From Balanoglossus misakiensis (Eukaryota > Animalia > Hemichordata), in the NCBI GenBank assembly GCA_040954595.2, contig CM082585.2, positions 4,179,358 to 4,243,357 of the forward strand: DNA of 64,000 nt. Direction: 5' to 3'. Positions 12,921-24,548 of the stretch are shown here, piece by piece (the first letter of the stretch is position 1; every line of letters starts with the position of its first letter). A program made the translations under genes and the position numbers. Below the pieces are notes generated by a model. It had not been told where the DNA came from. It saw only the letters and a list, made by a program, of their open reading frames with translations, and did not search any database.

Positions 12921-14868
12921 GATGTCAACTCTGCCGAAATCAAACCTTTTGGTCATTAAAGAGGGTATCAACCTGACCCAAAGCCCCAAAACAATTCACT
13001 ATGAAGCTGTATGTGGTATTAAACGTGGTATGTTGACACTAATACCTAAAGCAGTATGTACATTAAGAATAGCCATTAACTTTTTGAAGCATAACGAAAG
13101 TTAAACAACCACAGCAAATTTCAGCAACTGTTGCTTTATGATAAAGACAAATGAATGATATGAGTAATCTGGGCACATTCCGTTGCAGAATATCATTAGG
13201 GTTGGACCATTTGATATTCTGAGGGGGTCTGAAAGATTGAAAATAAGCTCTTGAAATGTCTTATCATGTAGAAAAGCATGACAAAGTCATATTGTACTTA
13301 AAGTTTTCTTTGTTCATCAGACTTGTATTCTGATCTGTGACTTTTGTAAATATATTTTTTTCTTTGATAAGTACCTATAGTTGATGGTTCGTTGTTGTTC
13401 GACCCACCCTTTCTATGATGCAATATCACAAAGCCCAAAAGCCTCTTTTTATTGTTTTATACCATATTACACTGGTTTCTTATTTGTTACTCAATGCATA
13501 TGTCAATTCATTTTTCCAAGATTTGTAAATTAGACAGTAGGCCTACATCAAAATAATGTCTGTATTCTCGCTCTACTATCTATGGTAAAACAGTGTGTTT
13601 TCATAAAAACTAGAATGAATACTATCTTATATAATTTAGCACAGATTTTGTATTTTATTTGCATGATTTCAACAGTGCTTGAGATAATGGAATGTTATAT
13701 GATAAAATAAAGATTTCATTTTTAAGAATCCAATTTTGTTGTGTGTGTTCATTTAATTCAGTAATTTATGCAAATGTATCAGGGGATGCCATGCCAGGTC
13801 ATGCAATTGCAATTTACGAGAATAGCCTAATTTAGAGATACGTCTGGGATAAGGACAAACATTATAGGGTAGGCACCCAGGGATTGGAGGTCAACGTAAA
13901 GATTTAGGGGCATCTACGTTGCACACCTGTTCCTAGAGTGCGGAGTGCAATTGACCAGTGATAAGGTCTATTTGTTTCAGGTCTGCAGAACGCAAACAGA
14001 ACTGTCGGGGTCGAAATTAATTAGCCAAATAGTCACTTGTCGGAGCATGCTATCGTTACTGTTTTTCCGCACTACAATTTGTATTTTTAGCTGAGAAGGC
14101 AAGATCTCTGACGAACACAAAGATATTTTCTTACTCGGAACATTTTCAGAGAAGTAATATGCAGGAAGTATAGTAACAATATAACATTTTATATAACAAT
14201 TTATTTACGAAGATTTCTTGATCATTTGCTGTCTGTTGAATAACAAACTCAATCACTGGAGATAACGACTCGGAACAAAAAGGGGTTCCATAACTATCGT
14301 GTCGGATATAAAAAGCTGCAAACAACTGCACCCGAGCAAAATTTCCGGCGACTGAAACATTTCACGTTTGTAAGCTTCGTATAGTAACTGTAATTTGGAA
14401 AGATAAATGTACCAGGTGGTGGGTCCCAGGGAAATATTCCAGAAGGCCAGTAAAATGGTCACTGCAATTTTGTATTTGAGACTAAGCGCCAGAAGGAAAG
14501 CAACAGGGTCAGTTCCGGATGGCAACAGAAATGAATTTCTTTCCGGCGAGATTTTATGAAATAAAGAAAACAAACAGACTCGAGGCTCTGACTTTCCAGA
14601 AGTTACTGAAGTTCAGGCGCATTTAGCAGTACGTATGTGAGAATGGCCCTAATTTGAGAGATTTGCAAAGAAGCTTAGATTGTGTACTGAAACGAAACGC
14701 GAAGAATTGCATTGAAGCGTCGCGCGTTTTTTTTTACAGTTAGGATTTTACCCAGCCCTCCAAAGCGACCTGTCAACGCATGATCTTCATATATATCCTG
14801 ACACAACTCCAACTGCCACCTGTTGCTATAGCAACTGACCGATAGCGTGACCGTGTGTACACCAAATA
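12921..14868 (+). repeat. ~1.95-kb segment present again, inverted and near-identical, at 26159-28542
   Basis: Matching ORF translations on opposite strands (14253-14573 - vs 26454-26774 +; 12919-13104 + vs 28359-28550 -) and direct reverse-complement comparison. Confidence 0.95.
14230..14720 (+). pseudogene. Degenerate Crypton (DUF3504/tyrosine recombinase) relic
   Basis: Fragments EMNFFPARFYEIKK, GSDFP and DLQRSLDCVLKRNAKNCI align in order to EINFSLTRFIQEVKKRDGSDFP and DVQRSLDCAMKIRAKKGI of the Crypton ORF at 37777-38817. Confidence 0.7.
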
Positions 14869-15131
14869 AAAGTTTCGACACCAGTGCTATGCCAGTGTTT
14901 ACTCTCTGCAAACACAGGGGATTAGCCCACAGAATCTCCATGCGTCCACACACTAAGCTTTTGGCCACTGTTTTGAAATAAACACCGTCTAAATGGCCAT
15001 GTTTAGCAACACGGCAACTAACAAAATTGAGGACGTCGAGGACATTATAGCAACATGTTTCAGTTTCTATACCTGCATATGCGTTCTAGACGACTTTGTC
15101 GTCTTCATGACAATTTTGATAATGTTTAGAA

Positions 15132-16015
15132 TGTTACGTATTCTGCAAACTGCAAGTCAGTGCTGATTGGACATGTGTTACGTAGGTTCAGTCGGCTATT
15201 GTTTTGTGACCAGGTGTGTTTTTCGTGTGCGTTTCGTGTGCGTTTCGTTTGCTTTCTTTATTTGAATATTTAAGTGACCAGGTGTGAGGAATTAATTTTT
15301 GGCTAGTATAAAAGCCCGCTCGTTGCCACGTTGTGCGAGTGGATGTTAATTTGACCTGGAGGAGGTGCTGCTCGTTTGAACCGTCTTGGAAGCTGTGGCT
15401 GCTCTTCTGAACAAGTTGTAAGTCGTGCTGTTTCGTGTGGAGCGGACTTTTGAAGCGGACTTTTGTGGAGCAGACTTTTGCGGACTTTTGTGGAACCAGT
15501 TGGAGCTGGACTTTTGCCTGGACCGCCGTGTCGCTGTGTCTACGCTGAACTGCCGCCGAGTTGGAGCTGTCGCTGTGTCTACGCTGAACTGCCGCCGAGT
15601 TGGAGCTGTCGCTGTGTCTACGCTGAACTGCCGCCGAGTTGGAGCTGTCGCCGTGTCGCTGTGTCTACACTGAATTATCGCCGAGTTGCTGTGTCTACGT
15701 GTCCTCCGTCAAATCAGCGGAACGTTCTAGCGGACATTGGACTTGTTCTGTTTCAGTTTATGCACACCTGGTCACGTTTAAAAAGGTAGTTCACTTGTTT
15801 CTTGTGTGTTTCTTTAGTTTATAATATTTAATGTTCACGATTACTTTAGTTATTATTAAATTCGTTATAAATAAGGTGATTTGCTGGTTGTTGTGACTTT
15901 TGTTGACCAACTTTGTTGCGTGCGGCGCTGGTTTGGTTCCTTACAAAGTACGCCATCCGGCTAGTGTGTTTATTGCTCGCCCTTTTTCGGCTGGAACGGC
16001 CAGCGTGTCGTAACA
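15132..16015 (+). mobile_element. Solo LTR (Gypsy-like), 884 bp, 4-bp TSD AGAA
   Basis: TGTTACG...CGTAACA termini, AGAA on both flanks (15128-15131 and 16016-16019), TATAAAAG at ~15307, internal 39-bp tandem repeat. Confidence 0.85.
15528..15700 (+). repeat. 39-bp tandem repeat (3 copies plus a degenerate one) inside the solo LTR
   Basis: Unit tgtcgctgtgtctacgctgaactgccgccgagttggagc. Confidence 0.9.
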
Positions 16016-16499
16016 AGAAGTAAATGAATGTTAATCCATATATGGAAAATGCCTCGGCTTTTCGGTGATCGAGAGAACCTTCTGAAAGTTGGTAGCAGAC
16101 AGAAGTGTTGCAGAACTGGCAAACCGCGAATGGTTTGAAAACCACTCGCGTAAACGTGCCAGTGAGAACGCCCCAACATGTGGTTACCCTTTAAACACGC
16201 AACCTGCCAATTTAAGGTGGATTATGATAAGACTATGCAAATGTGAAAAAGTCAGGCTACTGGCAAGACGTACTGTGTGTGCTCCCGGATTTCGAGAAAT
16301 TCACCGGGTTTATGGCGTTTATTGTCATCCAATCTTACATATGATATCCATGAATATTTAGCGAGTACATGTATGTGGAAAATACATTGAAACATCCTGC
16401 AGTGTTGGTAAGGAAACGCAATTTTCTCGAAAGCGTTGTGCCAGAATGGCCGTTTGACCACATTTGTAAAAGTCAATCTATACTGTCAATCATGATTAT

Positions 16500-18735
16500 T
16501 CAAAAAGTTGTCTTCTGTCAGTTTTGATAACTCTCAGCTTTGTGTAGACTTCGGTGAGACTTAGAGATACACTTTCGTTCCATGGAATTGGTCTGAAATC
16601 GTTAAAGGGTCTTGTATACTTTTGTTGTAAATATTCTATCAATCAATGTATGCTTCCTGAAACCATAATTGAGAATAAAAAAAGAAGCATTAAAGTGATG
16701 AACGACACCACAGTACTCACACTTCATGCAAGATCGATTCATGAGGGATTACAAAAAATAATGTTATCAAGTCAGGATTTTAGAATATTGCCCCTCCTGT
16801 CAATATAGTTAAGCAGTGAACATACTAGAATAAACAGTACCCTGGCATGCTGCGATTGCAACTGAGGTCATAGGTTGCACATATGGCGGAATCTTTCAAT
16901 CAATGGCAATGCGTCCATGTACAATGTCTGTAATCTATGATAAATAGCATTTTGGTTACCTGATACACTTATTGGCTGACTGGGAGAGAGAGTGATCAGT
17001 TCAAGCAGATCATATCTCCCAATTTGACGAAGTAAGTGTGTCAGCAAAAATGTTTTGTCTTCACCTATTAGTTTTTTGTCAAGTAATTTATCGAACAAGT
17101 CTGTAGCATGTTGAATTCCTTCAATTTCTCTCTTTGGTATTCTTGTTGATTCCATGTTTCTGCACAGGAATTTCATGGATTTAAGTTCATCTGTAATGGT
17201 AATTACACAAAACACAATTGTTAAGAATTAATGTGTGAGTTTTTGTCCCAGACGCTGTAGAAATCTTAATAACCAACCAACTGGTATATAATACACAGCT
17301 TACGTTTTCTTATATAGGGTTACATTTTTATGTGTAACCCTATATTATATTATACCAGTATATTGATGGTGTAAATCACGCTATTTGATTGGTCGAGACA
17401 CGACACTTGACCGTGATATATTAGCCATATACCACAGTCATATATCATAGTCAAAGAAAATGCCTTTTTAAAATGTTTTATGCAAAGTTTCAATATACTG
17501 GCATAATATAATAGCAATAAAACATCCCCAGCCATGGTATACCATGGCTGGGGGTGTTTTATTGCTTAAATTTAACACCATTTTATAATTCCCTGACAGT
17601 AAATTTTCAATCACCCATTACCTGACCAAACGTGCAAGTAAACATGGCCTTCATATTTACATGTGCCTATAGCTGCTTAAATGCATGCGGGGTATTAAAA
17701 ACCACTCTTAGCAGTTTGCCTAGTACATTGAGACTTTAATTGGTGTATGGTAGGTACAAATGCATGTAACACCACCATCATAACAATAGTTTACACCCTG
17801 TTATAACTAATACAATCCACTCACCTTGTCCTATTTCATCTGCTATTCTGAGAAGTAACCCAATAAAACGATCTTTACTTCTTTTAGTGTAACTTTCAGT
17901 GGCTTGTATCTCCTCTGTCCCTTTAAAATTGAAATTTAGAGAAACATGTAAATGTTTGAAAAGATTAACCTTTTTAATTCAATGTAGGTCATAGTCAGAG
18001 CTGTAGTGTTTAAAGTGTAAAAAAATATTATCACTTTTAAACCCGTGACCAAAATCGTTTGAACTATGCCGTTACTGTTATTCATTATACATTGCAAGCA
18101 TTTGTGCCCTTGGAATTTTTAGGTTCAAAATATTTTTCGTGACGCATTATCACTGGTGTGTACCATATCTGTGAAACTTTCATGTTTAAAAATTGATGCG
18201 ACAAACGACTTTTGAATGAAGTTGAAACACCTTCCAGGCAAGTACCACCTATTCTGTAAAGCCAGCTATTTGCCTAGCTTGCCCAACCGGTTATATCCCT
18301 TAAAGGAACATTTATGCTATCTTGTAATTCCCACTCCAACACTTAGCTCTCCCTTTATATCCAAGTTCAACATTTTATTGGCTACTTTTAAGCTTAAACT
18401 ATACCAGCCACACCCCTGAATTATAAGTTGTCATTTTTAAATACCTGTGCGTGCCTCCTGTATATTTGGTATCTGTATTTCATGAGCCTATTCGGAGAGT
18501 TGATGCTTAAACCATTTTGTGTATTCATATTTATATTTCACATAATGTAACAGTGCTTGATAATGCCCTGTACTGAGCCAACTGATGTAGATATCACATG
18601 TTGGACTATCACCATGTCTTGGACTGTGTTTATGAAACCTTGGTTCTCCACCACTGTTCATACCACCAACCAATACATGTATATTAATGCGCAGACTGTG
18701 GCATAAAGCAACAATTTCTGTTGATCCAGCCCACA
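16500..18735 (-). pseudogene. Decayed paralog of the OTU-DED-NACHT gene (OTU C-half, two DED exons, start of the NACHT exon)
   Basis: Exons ~18735-18445 (WAG..ISWLSTGHY, in-frame TAG at 18488), 17920-17825 (RFIGLLLRIADEIGQ), 17190-16960 (DELKSMKFLC..IGRYDLL) and 16656-~16500 (GSIH then TGA; truncated). Exon order and phases match 29732-35599. Confidence 0.88.
17351..17566. mobile_element. Non-autonomous Crypton-like element (inverted-repeat-bounded module plus terminal palindrome)
   Basis: Inverted repeat tataccagtatattga (17351-17366) / tcaatatactggcata (17490-17505), then the palindrome agcaataaaacatccccagccatggtataccatggctgggggtgttttattgct. It appears absent from the paralogous intron near 32480. 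Confidence 0.6.
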
Positions 18736-19314
18736 GGAAATTTAAGGGGGCCACAGATTTTCTCCACAATTTACTAGGGGGGCCATGGAAAAAAATCACC
18801 AGGAAAATAAGAAATCCTCCAGCCCCACCCTGGAAGTAATTTCTCGACAGTCCCTTACCTAGAGTTTTGCCTGTCATTGTGCCATTCTCAGCTCGAGTCT
18901 GTAAAATTAATGAAAGAACAGACCTCGGAAATGGAATACCGTGAATATAAAAAGACTCTCTGCCTAGCCGGGTGTTGCGCTTCTTGCAATGGGATTTCGT
19001 GACTTGAAAAGTCTCTCAAGACAAACAAACAAACAAACAAACAATTCATACTCTTTCTACCTAGGGAAATTTTAAAGAGTAAGGTTGTCACCTATTAGTA
19101 AAACCCCCTTTACTATTATAGGTAGGAATTACGGTTAAATGAGCCACATCATATTTACGAGCGGACCAATGAGGGTATTGTACTCACCACGTTGTTGAGT
19201 AACTATGGACTCATTTATGGTACAAATGTACTGTTGGTGACTGTAATTGTGCAAACAGTCGTTGAAGGCATGGTGACTACTGACCTTATGTTGACCCTCT
19301 AACAAGTTTAAAGT

Positions 19315-19405
19315 GGTGGAGGTGATGGTGGTGGTGGTCATCATCATCATCATCATCATCACCACCATCTTCTCTATCATCATCACCATCATCATCACCA
19401 TCATC

Positions 19406-19437
<32 letters not shown>

Positions 19438-19465
19438 CATCACCATCATCAGCACCATCATCACC

Positions 19466-19497
<32 letters not shown>

Positions 19498-19570
19498 CAT
19501 CATCATCTTCATCATCATCATCATCATCATCTTCATCATCATCATCATTACTATGATCATGATCATCTTC
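19315..19570. repeat. (CAT/CAC)n microsatellite
   Basis: Read directly; it generates the poly-M, poly-D and poly-I ORFs in the track. Confidence 0.95.
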
Positions 19571-19667
19571 TTGGTGTGAGAACAAGTCTTTAGAAAAATA
19601 TGAATCTAGGAACAGTAAATTCTTGTGTGCGACACGCAGGTAAACTTATGGCGGTGGCGGGATAGAA

Positions 19668-21550
19668 CACGGGCGTCATGGAACAATAAAGTGTATAGAT
19701 ATTAATAAACTTACATAAACGCGACGTCCTCAATGAACAAAGAATAAAATATTTCATGGGTTTGTTTGGTGTGGACGAGAAATGCACTAAAGCTAGGTCA
19801 GTGTTAACTTTATGTGCAAAACCACACCGTACGCGTACCTCTATAGGGGATAGGCACCGTGTGTACGATCTCGTTTTGAGCAGTAAAGGCGATGTCTACG
19901 CATGCGTGCGCGCCCGCAACTGTTCTGTGTACGTGAGTACACATATATTCTTTACTATCAATCACGTGATCTGGCCATGTGTCCCACGGCGTTGTCATTT
20001 TCAGATGACGGGCAAGCAATGTTTCGGCATCCAGTAAAAGTTTTTCCGAGTATGTTTTTACTTTAGAACCACCAAACACGTAACATGTATCAGGTATGGT
20101 GCCTCATCAGCCTCATTGCATTTCATCTGCACAGTCTTTGTCTGCACCACGTAAGTCCACGTTGTTGAAGTTGCCCGTCATCTGGAAATTTGAATGCGAA
20201 CGTAACTGCCGCCTGAGCGCGTCTGACGTCATTTGATAGCGAAGGGTATGAAACGAATTTTCAGCCCACCGCCGTTTGGCAACTATTACGAAGAGAATCG
20301 CTACCAAATCAGAGTATGCGTTTTAGATGACAGAGAAACCTAATGTCTGGCTATTCATGTTTCAAAAGTCGGTCGAACATTCGAGATATTATCGATCGAA
20401 AAGTGTCACTCGTCCTGGGGACGTGCGTTACCGACGTAAAATGGCGTTTGGGCGATGTCGTAAATTTCGCCATGAAAGGTATACATAGGACATACTGTTT
20501 TCATGCAAAAAAATCATAGCAAATATAACAGTGATGCACATGAACAACGTCCACCATGACTGGGAGGAGCTGAGCTGAGCTCACGCATAGTTTCATACAC
20601 ATGATATAAAACCCGGCGATCGAACACGGCACTTCCGGTCACCAGATTCGCAATGGTTTTGTATACGGATTTGTTGTATTTTTCACGTTTTCCGTTTTTT
20701 ATTCATGATTAATCCAACACTTTTCAAGACACATTTTAAGCAAAAATGAAAATTATTGACTACACTTCGATGGCACTCTGCTCTGTAGAACAAAGTGTCC
20801 CCCCTGTCCCCCCTTTTTGGTAACGCACGTCCCCAGACTCCATGTGAGCGATTGCATTGGCTGGTACCCTGCCTCGGTGACAAACACCAAAGAGGCAGGT
20901 AAACACAAACCGCCATATTTAGAATTTTGGAATCTGATTGGCTAATAAATGAACGTTCTATAACTTCCGGGCTACATTCAATCTGTCGCGTTTCTTGACA
21001 TTCATTTTTAGTCTTCCCGAATATACATATTTTTAAAAAACCAACAGTTTATGATGGAAGTGAAGCTAAAATCAATACAACTACTGACACAAATGTTGGC
21101 TGGTATGCACATTAGCCACTTCCGGGAAAGTGTCAAAAAACTAACACTTTTCAAAATGGCGGTCGGCGTTTATCTGCGTCTATCTTCGTGACGCGTCTTT
21201 TTGCCAAGTCACGTGAGACGCAGTGTTCAGCGAAGCGATTGCATACCCTTCCTTACATACACTGTATACGAGCGCGTCTGTCCTGGCTAGCAACGGAGTC
21301 GTACGATCGTCTGCCGCGCGCGCTGGGCCGGGCGCGTGCGCGCGTGCGGTTGTAGATTGCTCCATCACTTCCGCGTTCGGCGCGTTCGGCGGCGCTAGTG
21401 CGTTCGCTCGCATATTTTGCGAGTCCAGCTGTAGCTAGGCCGTTCGTGAGTGTAGTTCTCGTTCACATAAAAAAAGGAAATAATTTATTGTGTATTCGTT
21501 TAGACCTATGCTAAATTATCCATACACTTTATTGTTCCATGACGCCCGTG
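19668..21550. mobile_element. Non-autonomous P-element-like DNA transposon, ~29-bp TIR, 7-bp TSD GATAGAA
   Basis: cacgggcgtcatggaacaataaagtgtat ... atacactttattgttccatgacgcccgtg, with GATAGAA on both flanks and a single copy at the empty site in the IAP gene (~8228). Superfamily inferred from CA..TG ends and TSD length. Confidence 0.8.
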
Positions 21551-21917
21551 GATAGAAGAGCAAATGAGCCCTATATGTCATGGCCAGGGGTGATACCGGG
21601 CAAGGGTCATCCCACTTTTCAATTTTCAATTTATCGTGACTGACTTTACATATATTTCTACAGCTTGGCTGAAATGTATCGAGCTTGATGAAAAATGAGG
21701 ATTTAGAATCGACCAATCATATTTGAGTTCTAATGGACCAATCTCAAGCGAGACAGAGACAGAGATACTGGATACCACAAATACGCCGTCCTGTATACAA
21801 CACGATTTCGAAATGCGTCACGTGTCGCAAGGTTGACGGTAAGCCATACAGCAGTCCGATTTCACCTCCCCTACAATCGTATCGAGTTAACATTGCATCA
21901 CCATTCACCACAACTGG

Positions 21918-23824
21918 GAGGTATTTAAAGGTGTCGAAAATACAAGGGCCAAAGTGCGGGACACGCACAGTGCTATAAATGGCACTCTGCGTGAATTATC
22001 CGACGCGCAGGGAACGGACCTTGCTCTGTTCCCGGCATTTATTTATTTATTTATTTATTTACACATTAAAGGATTTCCCATTTACAATACTCAAACAGGG
22101 GTAAAGACCCCTATAAGGTTGTAATCTACCATGGGGTCCTACTATAAAGTATAAAAATAAAAAGTTTAAAACAGAAAAATACAAATAGTAAAAATGAAAA
22201 TTGTAAAAGTGGTGACTACAAGTAGAAGTTTCTAAAACCGTGAGGTCGTCTATCTGCTTAAATTGGTTCTGATATAAGAGTTCAACTGAGATTTGAAATT
22301 ATTTATGTTGGTACTGCATCTAACAATGTCAGGTAGAGAATTCCAAGCTCTAGCTGCACGCATAGCAAAAGTTCTTTGACCTGTTTCTGTTCGAAATCGA
22401 GGCAATAATAATTTGCGAGTTGAGGCTCCTCGAGTCTGGTAAGCATGGGCGTCATTCAGTTTTACAATTTTTTCGATAAGATAGCTTGGAGCAGTATTGT
22501 TGAAACATTTGTACACCATAATACAAGTAAAGTAAAAAATACGTTGTCTAACGGATAGCACATCGAATCTTTCAAAAAGTACATCAGTTGGGGTATCAAA
22601 ATCAGCATTAAGTATTACTCTTAAGGCACGCTTCTGCATTTTATAAACCTTATCTATATTTTTAGAAGTCGTATTTCCCCACACAATAGAGCAGTAGTCA
22701 ATGACAGATTGAATCAAACCGTAATATAAAACTTTTCTGAGGTGTAAAGGTAAGAATTTACAAAGGCGCCTAAGAAGTCCAACTCTCCGACTCAAAGTAA
22801 GACACAAATTATCAATATGTTTATCCCATGAAATAGAATTGTCTAAGATTAAACCCAGTATCTTTTCAGAGGTGACACATGAAATGCGTTTGTCATTTAT
22901 GGAGATGTCCAATTGTTCACCGGAAATGTCAAAGTATTTTATTTTTTGACGAGATCCGACTAACATAGCTTTTGTTTTGCCCTCATTTATGATCATTCCA
23001 TTACACGGCCTCCACCACTGGAGGCCGTGCAGTGTAACCGGGAACACACAGACCAGTACGCAGATGTAGGAATGGATCGTTTGATTTTTCGGCAGAGCAG
23101 AACAACACGTAACCTAATGTGTACTCGGACAGAGAAAAAAAATGAGCCAGGCCTGTATGGCTTGTGAACGACGTTGCATAAACGTGTGTCATCCTTGGGT
23201 TTACCACTAACGAATGCAACATCAGGACAGTAGAAAATGTCGATTGTGGGTGGTTGATCGCCCGATCATTTATTATTTTCAACGCCCGAATGTCGTCGGT
23301 CGTCGTCAAAAACACGATCGACCTCCTCGAAATACAACATGAAAGTAGAAAATGGCGGTCAAAAACACGATCGAACTCTACGCCCGAATGTCGTCGGACG
23401 TCGTCAAAAACACGAAAGACCTCCTCGAAATGCAACAGGACAATAGAAAATGTCGATCGTGGGCGGTTGATCGCCCGATCATTCGCCCGAATGTCGTCGG
23501 ACGTCGTCAAAAACACGATCGACCTCGAAATGCAACATGAAAGTAGAAAATGTCGGTCAAAAACACGATCGAACTCAACGCCCGAATGTCGTCGGACGTT
23601 GTCAAAAACACGATCGACCTCGAAATGCAACATGAAAGTAGAAAATGTCGGTCAAAAACACGATCGAACTCCTCGAAATTCAAATGTAATCAAAGCCAAG
23701 GGTCCCGCAGAGTCCCACATCTTGTGCAGTGTGCGTGTATTCCCGCAGAGTGCCATTTATTGCACTGTGCGTGTCCCGCACTTTGGCCCCTCACTCTTGT
23801 ATTTTCGACACCCTTAAATACCTG
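21918..23824. mobile_element. Non-autonomous P-like DNA transposon, 7-bp TSD CAACTGG, with internal tandem repeats
   Basis: TIR (c/g)aggtatttaa(a/g)ggtgtcgaaaatacaag plus a subterminal inverted repeat. CAACTGG at 21911-21917 and 23825-23831. Tandem repeats at 23215-23680. Confidence 0.85.
22040..23001 (-). mobile_element. 5'-truncated L2/CR1-group LINE (RT C-terminal part) with (TAAA)n tail
   Basis: ORF 22250-23047: KTKAMLVGS..KILGLILDNSISWDKHID..DYCSIVWG..WNSLP. Tail tttatttatt at 22040-22060. Confidence 0.88.
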
Positions 23825-24086
23825 CAACTGGTGTGGATTTTTCCGGCGCTCTTTACGTGAAATCTACGAGTGGTAAAGAAACCAAGGCATACGTATGTTT
23901 GTTTACCTGCGCTACTACCTGAGCTGTACATTTGGAACTTGTACCAAACTTGACTACAGAGGCTTATATTCTTGCCTTTAGACGTTTTGCTGCGAGACGT
24001 TCACTTCCCAGCAAAATGCTCTCTGATAACGCTTCTACATACCTTTATGCTGCGGAAAAACTTCGTGCTCTTTTCAGCGCCAGAAA

Positions 24087-24548
24087 TTAAGGAGTATCTG
24101 TCAGGACGTCAAGTAACCCAATGTCAAGATCACCAGTTTCACTATTCGCTTTCTTCTTGTTTTTAGGTTTCTTTTTCTTCTTTCTCCTCCCAGTACTGCC
24201 ACTTCCGTTTGTTTGTTTCGTTTGCTCTTCCTCATCTTCGCTGGACTTTGCCACCGGAGATTCTCTGTTTGCCATCTTGGTCTCACCGCCGCCCAAAGGC
24301 ACGTTGCTTCTGTCTCTCCCTTTCGCGAAATCACACTGTGGATAGAGTTTTCTGTGCACATCCATCGCCGATCCCGTCAGGTCTTTATCGGTGATTCTCC
24401 CATCACAACGGAAGCACACAGTAACACCGTCTTTGCCTGTGTAGTACAGACCCGCTTTAGCCAGCGCTATCGGTGTGATGGACCCGTTGAAGGCCCATGA
24501 CACGAATGATGCCAGCCTTCTGGCTTCATAGGTCATGTCAAACTGCAT
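24087..24548 (-). pseudogene. Truncated IAP duplicate: open BIR1 + basic linker ORF (153 aa) with its stop supplied by BEL sequence
   Basis: 24108-25699 is near-identical to ~8925-10530, including upstream non-coding sequence. The ORF ends ..GLLDVLTDTP* in antisense integrase DNA. Confidence 0.88.

Larger units (their letters stand above)
18853..21620 (-). pseudogene. 3' relic of a second IAP copy (40-bp exon and introns; BIR3 exon deleted), interrupted by a P-like element
   Basis: 18853-19667 aligns to 7260-8235 with loss of ~7745-7985. 21551-21620 continues the alignment to ~8228-8300. Confidence 0.85.
21700..24107 (+). mobile_element. BEL/Pao integrase fragment split by a nested DNA transposon
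   Basis: RQRYWIPQ..CVTCRK..PFTTTG (to 21917) resumes at 23832 as VDFSG..YVCLFTCATT*AVHLELV..FRRFAARR..SDNAST. Confidence 0.88.

Noticed and set aside
18488-18877. Chimeric ORF joining an IAP exon, a transposon-end-like fragment and the OTU C-half
   Set aside because: It reads through a splice donor, lacks the OTU catalytic Cys and ends at a premature stop; most likely a fortuitous deletion junction.
19135-19585. Poly-Met, poly-Asp and poly-Ile ORFs (also 8001-8216)
   Set aside because: These are translations of intronic trinucleotide microsatellites.
20113-20307. Possible THAP-domain remnant inside the P-like element
   Set aside because: Only a weak SFH-like resemblance; the C2CH ligands are not recognisable.
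23215-23680. Repeat array superficially like a CRISPR array, with long ORFs on both strands
   Set aside because: Degenerate tandem repeats without unique spacers, inside a TIR element in a eukaryotic genome; no cas genes.
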